Of a stretch of DNA of 32,000 nucleotides, positions 26,811 to 32,000 are shown piece after piece; within the stretch, counting starts at the first letter, position 1; each line of letters begins with the position of its first letter. The position numbers were made by a program, and so were the translations under genes. The stretch comes from Candidatus Electronema halotolerans (GTDB taxonomy: Bacteria > Desulfobacterota > Desulfobulbia > Desulfobulbales > Desulfobulbaceae), in the NCBI GenBank assembly GCA_942493095.1, contig OW818675.1:840001-872000 (forward strand), written 5' to 3'. The notes beneath the pieces were generated by a model. It was not told the origin of the DNA. It saw only the letters and a list, made by a program, of their open reading frames with translations, and ran no database searches.

Positions 26811-26862
26811 GCTTTCTGGCCTTCCTTTTTGATAAAGCAGGTGAAAAAAAACACGCTTCGCC

Positions 26863-27927
26863 ATGCCCATGAAACTGCTTATTGCTGATGACGAACTATC
26901 AACCAGAGTTTTTCTCCGGCACTGCGCCGCCAGATGGGGCTATGAACTTGTCGAGGCTTCAGACGGCTTGGAAGCTTTGTCCATGCTGCGCGAAGCAGAC
27001 CCGCCCCGGATTGCGGTGCTGGACTGGATGATGCCCGGCTTGGACGGCGTGGAAATTTGCTCCCGGCTCAATGCTGAGGACAATGGCCCGCTGATCTACA
27101 CCATCCTGCTCACTGGCAGGAACGACAAGGAGGACGTGATCCATGCCTTGGATCATGGCGCGCACGATTTTCTCAGCAAACCCGTGCATATCGGCGAGCT
27201 GCAAAGCCGGATCGCAGTTGGCCGGCGGCTGGTCGAGGCCCATGACCGCCTGCTGGAGCTGGACCGGCTCAAAGAACGTTTTCTCCGCATTGCCGCTCAT
27301 GACCTCCGCAACCCGCTCGGCTACATCATCACCATGAGCGAGATGCTCACAGACCGTGATTTTGTTGAAGTCCGCCAAGAGATGGACAGCCATCTGCGCA
27401 GCATTCATGAGACCGCCTCGACCATGCAAAATTTGATCAACGATCTGCTCGACTTGGCGGCAGTCTGGGAAGGCAGGTTCACGATCAGCAGAAAACCAGC
27501 CTTGCTGCATGAGATAGTCCGGCAGGCCGTGGCCGAGCGGCGGCCTGCGGCGGCGGACCGGCAGCTGCGGTTAGTCGAGCGGCTGGCTGAGGTGCCGCCG
27601 GTCAGTTGCGACCCGGATCGCATTCAGCAGGCGATTGACCGGCTGCTGACCAATGCCTTCAAACTTGCCCCTTCCGCCTCAACGGTCACAGTGAGCGCGG
27701 AGCCGGAAGGAAGCAGCGTCCGGGTGGCAGTGTCTGATCAGGGGCCGCGCCGGAACAGCAGGGAGCTGGCCGCCTTTTCCGCCGCCGCTCCGTCCGCAGA
27801 CGGCAGGGACAGCAATCTCAGTCTGACCGTGGTCAAAAAAATCATTGAGCTGCATCAGGGCCGGGTCCAGGCGGAACAGCAGGCTGGCGGCGGCAGCGTC
27901 TTCAGCTTCACCCTGCCTTTGACCTGA
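26863..27927 (+). CDS. response-regulator receiver fused to histidine kinase core (HisKA plus degenerate HATPase)
   Basis: REC domain (LIADDE..., phospho-acceptor context AVLDWMMPGLDG, SKP). H-box FLRIAAHDLRNPL. N-box LLTNAFK. G1 reads SDQGPR and the G2 position reads DSNLSL instead of GxGLGL. No TM segment or sensor domain. Confidence 0.8.
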   Translation: MPMKLLIADDELSTRVFLRHCAARWGYELVEASDGLEALSMLREADPPRIAVLDWMMPGLDGVEICSRLNAEDNGPLIYTILLTGRNDKEDVIHALDHGAHDFLSKPVHIGELQSRIAVGRRLVEAHDRLLELDRLKERFLRIAAHDLRNPLGYIITMSEMLTDRDFVEVRQEMDSHLRSIHETASTMQNLINDLLDLAAVWEGRFTISRKPALLHEIVRQAVAERRPAAADRQLRLVERLAEVPPVSCDPDRIQQAIDRLLTNAFKLAPSASTVTVSAEPEGSSVRVAVSDQGPRRNSRELAAFSAAAPSADGRDSNLSLTVVKKIIELHQGRVQAEQQAGGGSVFSFTLPLT

Positions 27928-27951
27928 AACACCAGCAGGCAGCAGAGCATC

Positions 27952-30267
27952 ATGAAAAAATCCATAGGCATTGATCTGGGAACCACCAATTCCGCCGCCG
28001 CAATCAGAAAAGTGAGCGTTGAGGTGCTGCGGAACGCTGAAGGCGAATACATCACCCCGTCCTGCGTCACGGTGCGCAAGCGCCTGATGCGGAAGCCGGA
28101 TTTCATTGTTGGCCGTCATGCCTTGGAATGGCTGCGGCAGGAGCCGGAAAACACGGTGACAACGGTCAAACGGCTGATTGGCCGCAGCTTTCAGGATGCA
28201 GAGGTGCAGGAGCTGATCGTCAGCCAGCGTTTCCGCTGCCGTCTGGCCCCGCATTCGCACGGCTCGGAAAACAGTCTCTCCATTCTTGCCGGAGGCCGCG
28301 AGTTCACGCCCGAGGAAATTTCCGCCAAGATTCTGGCTAAAATCAAGGCGGATGCGGAGCATGCTCTGGGTGACGCAGTGGATTCGGCAGTCATCACTGT
28401 GCCTGCCTATTTCAATGACAAGCAGAAGCATGCCACCCGCACTGCCGCTGCCTTGGCCGGGCTGAAGGTCAGCCGCCTGCTGCCTGAACCCACAGCAGCG
28501 GCCATCTCCTTCGGCGTTGACAAGGTTGCCGAAGATGAGGGCAAGACTGTGCTGGTCTTTGATTTTGGCGGCGGCACCTTGGATCTGTCCGTGCTCGCCA
28601 TCAGCGGCGGCCAGATCATTGAAATGGGCAAGGGCGGCGACATGTGGCTGGGCGGCGAGGACATTGACAGCCTGATCATCAATCATGCCCTCCAAGAAGC
28701 AGGCGGCGAGGAGGGTGCCGGACGCATCTATGCCCTGCTGGCCCGGCAGGATGAGACGGCCCGGAACCGCTTCATGGCTGAACTGAAGACTGCGGCGGAA
28801 AAGGCCAAGATCGCCTTGACTGAGCAGGAGGATGCCTGCCTTGAGGTGCTGGGGTTGCTGACCGATGAGGACGGCGATGCAGTGGATATTGAGGTTGAAC
28901 TGCGCCGTTCGCAGCTGGAGGCCATGCTGGCTGCCAAACGCGACGCAGTGCTCAAGCTGCTGCGCCGCCTGCTGGCCGAGCTGCATTTCACGCCTGAGCT
29001 GATTGACCAAGTCCTGATGGTGGGCGGCAGCTCCTGTATCCCCTGTTTTTGCAGAGATTTGCAGGAGGAATTCGGAGAGGGGAAAGTCCTGCTCCATGAG
29101 CGGCCCATGCTGGCGGTTGCTGAAGGCGCGGCCATCCTCAGTCATCGTCTGGCAGACACTCAAGAATGCCCTGGTTGTGGCAGTGAAGCCGGGCGCAACG
29201 ATGCCGCCTGTCCGCACTGCGGTTTTGATCTGGAAGCCTACACGGCAAAACAGGGCTTGGTAGATATTGTTCATGCGGCGGCCCATGATTATTTCATCCG
29301 GCTGGAAAATGATCAACGTTTTCTCATGGTCGAGAAAAACACGCCGCTGCCCTGCTCCAGCACTGAGATTTTCCAGCTCGTGGCAGCGGAGCAGGAGCTG
29401 GTGCATATAAAATTTTTCAATATTGTCAATGATAGGGAGGAAAGCATCGGCGACCTCTGGCTCGGCATTGACCGCGATGGTCAGGAAGAGAAGGAGGGCC
29501 GTGCGGACGAGCTGCCGCGTGTCGCAGTCACCTTGGATATTGATGAAAATAATTTGGTTTCGGTGCGGGCGGCCTTGGTCGGGCAGCCAGAGGTGAAGGT
29601 GGCAGGCACGCTCTCACGCGGCAAGGCGGATGAGAAGCTCTTCCTCAGCTTGGAGCGGACCATCAGCGAGGCAGATCAGAAGGGTTATTCCACCTACACG
29701 GTCACAGATCTGCTCAACCGGGCCAGAGCCATCATCCGTCTGATTCATCAGGTGGTTGACCCGGAAACCGGCAAGGTTGACGAGGAGCTGCGCCGCTCTG
29801 TGGAGGAAAAAATCAGCAAGGCCGTGCAGATAGCCCAAGACGAAGAAGCACCGCTGACCCGCATTTATTATGCGGAAAGCATGCTGGAAGATTACGGCAG
29901 GCTGATCAAACCGGATTTGGCGGCGCAGATGCAGAAAAAAATTGATTTGCTGCGCCAAGCGGACGAGGAAGGAACGTATGAGGAGACCATGCAGGCTATG
30001 GAAAATCTGGCCGACCTGCTGGAAGACCCAAGGCTGGAGCTGGTTCATGCCCTGACCCAGATTGAAAACGCCTGCGAAATCTGCTATCAGAGCGATCCGG
30101 GCCAGGCAAAGCGGTTCATGCGGGCGGCAGCGGACGTGCTCGCTTCAGCGGAAAGCGGCGGCGAGCTGCTGATGGATGAAGTGCTGGCAATCATGCCGGA
30201 AGTGGAGGAGGTGCTGGATCAGCACGCCCGCAGCACCCAGAAGATTTATCGGGACATCAGAAAATGA
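27952..30267 (+). CDS. atypical Hsp70-family ATPase with inserted zinc ribbon and long helical C-terminus
   Basis: The Hsp70 nucleotide-binding motifs are intact: IGIDLGTTNS, LPEPTAAAISFG, LVFDFGGGTLDLSVL, LGGEDID, VLMVGGSSCIP, AVAEGAAI. A CPGCG-x9-CPHCG zinc ribbon lies at 29167-29220. A DnaK-beta-domain-like segment follows (VAVTLDIDENNLVSVRA), then about 220 aa of helical sequence. Confidence 0.85.
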   Translation: MKKSIGIDLGTTNSAAAIRKVSVEVLRNAEGEYITPSCVTVRKRLMRKPDFIVGRHALEWLRQEPENTVTTVKRLIGRSFQDAEVQELIVSQRFRCRLAPHSHGSENSLSILAGGREFTPEEISAKILAKIKADAEHALGDAVDSAVITVPAYFNDKQKHATRTAAALAGLKVSRLLPEPTAAAISFGVDKVAEDEGKTVLVFDFGGGTLDLSVLAISGGQIIEMGKGGDMWLGGEDIDSLIINHALQEAGGEEGAGRIYALLARQDETARNRFMAELKTAAEKAKIALTEQEDACLEVLGLLTDEDGDAVDIEVELRRSQLEAMLAAKRDAVLKLLRRLLAELHFTPELIDQVLMVGGSSCIPCFCRDLQEEFGEGKVLLHERPMLAVAEGAAILSHRLADTQECPGCGSEAGRNDAACPHCGFDLEAYTAKQGLVDIVHAAAHDYFIRLENDQRFLMVEKNTPLPCSSTEIFQLVAAEQELVHIKFFNIVNDREESIGDLWLGIDRDGQEEKEGRADELPRVAVTLDIDENNLVSVRAALVGQPEVKVAGTLSRGKADEKLFLSLERTISEADQKGYSTYTVTDLLNRARAIIRLIHQVVDPETGKVDEELRRSVEEKISKAVQIAQDEEAPLTRIYYAESMLEDYGRLIKPDLAAQMQKKIDLLRQADEEGTYEETMQAMENLADLLEDPRLELVHALTQIENACEICYQSDPGQAKRFMRAAADVLASAESGGELLMDEVLAIMPEVEEVLDQHARSTQKIYRDIRK

Positions 30268-31370
30268 GCCAGAGCTGTTCCTGTCCAGTCTGCGGGCGGC
30301 AGGGGCTGCCCGCAGACTGCGCCAGCTGCCCGCAGTGCGATTCTGATTTGACCTGCTTTCAGGTGCTTGATTCCCTGTCCTCCAATAAGGCCGAGCAGAC
30401 GGGCCGCCGTTTTTCGTGGCGGGCGCTGCTGGCAGGGGCTGCCTTCCTCCTGCTGCTGGCAGTGCTGGCCGCAGTCTGGCAAAGCAAGGTGCCGGGACCG
30501 TTGCTGACAGCCTCCCAAGACCGCCAAGCTGCGCTGCCTGCTTCAGCTTCTGACGGCAAAATTCACATTGATGCCCAGATACGGATTCTCGATGACCGGC
30601 AGGAGCGGGAAAACCGCCAGCACCGAGCTGCTCAATCTGTTGCCATTGAAGAAAAAAAACAGGTTGACAAGCCTGCGCAGGAGGAGGTGCGGCAGATGGT
30701 GCCTGATGAGGAATCTTCTGATGCTCCGGCAGCGCAGGAAACTGTTGCGCCTGCGCTGCCGGAGCAGACAGAACAGGCCGACAGTGACAGCAGCGTCCCG
30801 GAGCCGCTGCCAGTGGAATTGTCCGAGCCAGTTGCAAAAAAAGCTGTTGCTGCGGCATCTGCGCCTGATCAGCAAGCTGCCGAGCCTGCACCAGCACCGC
30901 CGCCTGAGCTGCCAGTGCTGCAAGGCCGCCGCAAGCGGGCAGTGCGGACCCGGGCAGTGTCCGGCCTGCGCGAAGCCGCTGCAAAATCGGCAAACCAGAA
31001 GAACAGCAAAAGCACCTTGGTTTATCACGCCCAAAACGGCGAGACGGTCTGGGAGCTGGCTGAACGGTTTTACGGCGAGGGCAAATACTATCCTCTGATC
31101 ATGGAGCTGAATCCGCAGGTCGTGCAAGGCCGCGTCCGGGGCAGCGACAAAGTCCGGCTCCTTGCTGACCGGCGGCAGGCCGCAGCCCTGTATCAGCGCA
31201 GCACCGAGCAGCGCGACGGCCTGCTGCTCTGGAAGCACAAGGTGCAGCCGGGCGAGACGTGGCAGTCCATCTATGCCCGCTTCTTCCCGCCCAAATACTC
31301 CGGCATGGTTTTTTATCCCGGAGACCAGAAAGTGGTTCCCGGCAGCACGGTCAGGATTATTCTCCGTTGA
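30264..31370 (+). CDS. zinc ribbon / single-TM / Pro-Glu-Ala-rich linker / tandem LysM-like protein
   Basis: ATGA overlap with the Hsp70 gene. CPVCG-x9-CPQC at 30282-30338. TM segment ALLAGAAFLLLLAVLAAVW. The C-terminus carries two LysM-like units (YHAQNGETVWELAERFYG...; HKVQPGETWQSIYARFF...VPGSTVRI). Confidence 0.75.
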   Translation: MSQSCSCPVCGRQGLPADCASCPQCDSDLTCFQVLDSLSSNKAEQTGRRFSWRALLAGAAFLLLLAVLAAVWQSKVPGPLLTASQDRQAALPASASDGKIHIDAQIRILDDRQERENRQHRAAQSVAIEEKKQVDKPAQEEVRQMVPDEESSDAPAAQETVAPALPEQTEQADSDSSVPEPLPVELSEPVAKKAVAAASAPDQQAAEPAPAPPPELPVLQGRRKRAVRTRAVSGLREAAAKSANQKNSKSTLVYHAQNGETVWELAERFYGEGKYYPLIMELNPQVVQGRVRGSDKVRLLADRRQAAALYQRSTEQRDGLLLWKHKVQPGETWQSIYARFFPPKYSGMVFYPGDQKVVPGSTVRIILR

Positions 31371-31375
31371 AGGTG

Positions 31376-32000
31376 ATGGGACACACTTGTTTTTTCAGCC
31401 TGAAAGGGCTTTTTCATAAAAGACGGGCCGCCCAGCTTGAGGCGGAATGCCGACGGCTGCAGGAGGCTGCCGGGCAGGCTGAGGCGGCTGATGATCATCT
31501 CCGCGCTGCCGGGCTGCTGGAGCAAGTTCACACTCTCCGGCCTGAGAACGCGCTGCTCTTGCGGCTGGCCCGCTGCTGGCTGCGGGCCGGACAATGGCAG
31601 CAGGCTGCGGATGCCTACAGTGAGACAGGCTGTTCTGGGGCGGCAGATTGGTATGATGCCGGTTTCGCCTTGGCCAAGCTGGACCGCTTTGCGGTCTGTC
31701 TGCGCTGCTGGCGGCAGACCGGCTCAAGTCATCCAGCTTTTCTTGCCCAGCAGAAGCAGGTCAGCCTCCTGCTCCTTCAGGAACTGAGCCGCTGCTTGGA
31801 CGAGCAATCTTGGGCGCAGGAGGAGCAGGTCCGTGCTCTGCTGACCGAATTTTCCTTGACTGAACTGCCTGGCGGCCATGAGCTGCTGGCCCGTTGCGAC
31901 CGGGTGCGGCTGGCCCGGCTCTGGCAGGAAGACCGGCTGGAGGAGATCATGGCAATGGCGGCAGAGAACGATCTCAACCATCCGGCAGTGCTGGAAATTC
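31376..32000 (+). CDS. helical-repeat (TPR-like) protein, 3'-truncated by the window end
   Basis: My translation from the ATG at 31376 stays open to the window end (MGHTCFFSLKGLFHKRRAAQLEAECRRLQEAAGQAEAADDHLRAAGLLEQVH...). It starts 5 nt after the LysM gene stop. It is missing from the ORF track because no stop lies within the window. Confidence 0.6.
   Translation, partial: MGHTCFFSLKGLFHKRRAAQLEAECRRLQEAAGQAEAADDHLRAAGLLEQVHTLRPENALLLRLARCWLRAGQWQQAADAYSETGCSGAADWYDAGFALAKLDRFAVCLRCWRQTGSSHPAFLAQQKQVSLLLLQELSRCLDEQSWAQEEQVRALLTEFSLTELPGGHELLARCDRVRLARLWQEDRLEEIMAMAAENDLNHPAVLEI

Noticed and set aside
27679-29406. 575-aa ORF on the minus strand
   Set aside because: It is antisense to the Hsp70-family gene, whose motifs are unambiguous. 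It is low-complexity with no recognisable domains.
30145-31238. 282-aa and 231-aa minus-strand ORFs (30145..30993 and 30543..31238)
   Set aside because: They are antisense to the ZnR-TM-LysM gene. Their Ala/Pro/Gln/Arg-rich translations have no domain signal, whereas the plus-strand gene is translationally coupled to its neighbours.

Overview
The window is a GC-rich bacterial chromosomal segment. The gene content suggests an anaerobic Desulfobacterota-like organism, but that is inference only. Most of it is housekeeping. I call leuB, a GGGtGRT/NifU-like pair, eda, an FtsL-like gene with an FtsI-like PBP, cmoA-miaB, dacB, a co-oriented tRNA(CAU)-Nif3-zinc ribbon-RNase HI-rnpB cluster, a VIT1 transporter, a lipoprotein/deacetylase-like/TolC operon, mnmA, nhaA, a DUF2959 lipoprotein, rplU-rpmA and two glycosyltransferases. 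Accessory or unusual content: (1) an orphan 3-repeat mini-CRISPR array (6505-6684) with no cas genes in the window. (2) A visibly AT-rich IS5-family element (6943-8246) with 16-bp inverted repeats and a 4-bp ATAA duplication. (3) An FtsI-like PBP that lacks the SxxK and KTG catalytic motifs. (4) My best candidate for an undescribed system: a tightly coupled operon at 26863->32000 encoding a receiver-histidine kinase with a degenerate ATP lid, an atypical 771-aa Hsp70 with an inserted zinc ribbon, a zinc ribbon/TM/double-LysM membrane protein and a helical-repeat protein, with no DnaJ/GrpE partner nearby. Many long ORFs in the six-frame track are antisense shadow ORFs of the real genes, as expected in GC-rich DNA, and were rejected. 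All calls come from reading translations and motifs by eye. No database search was run.
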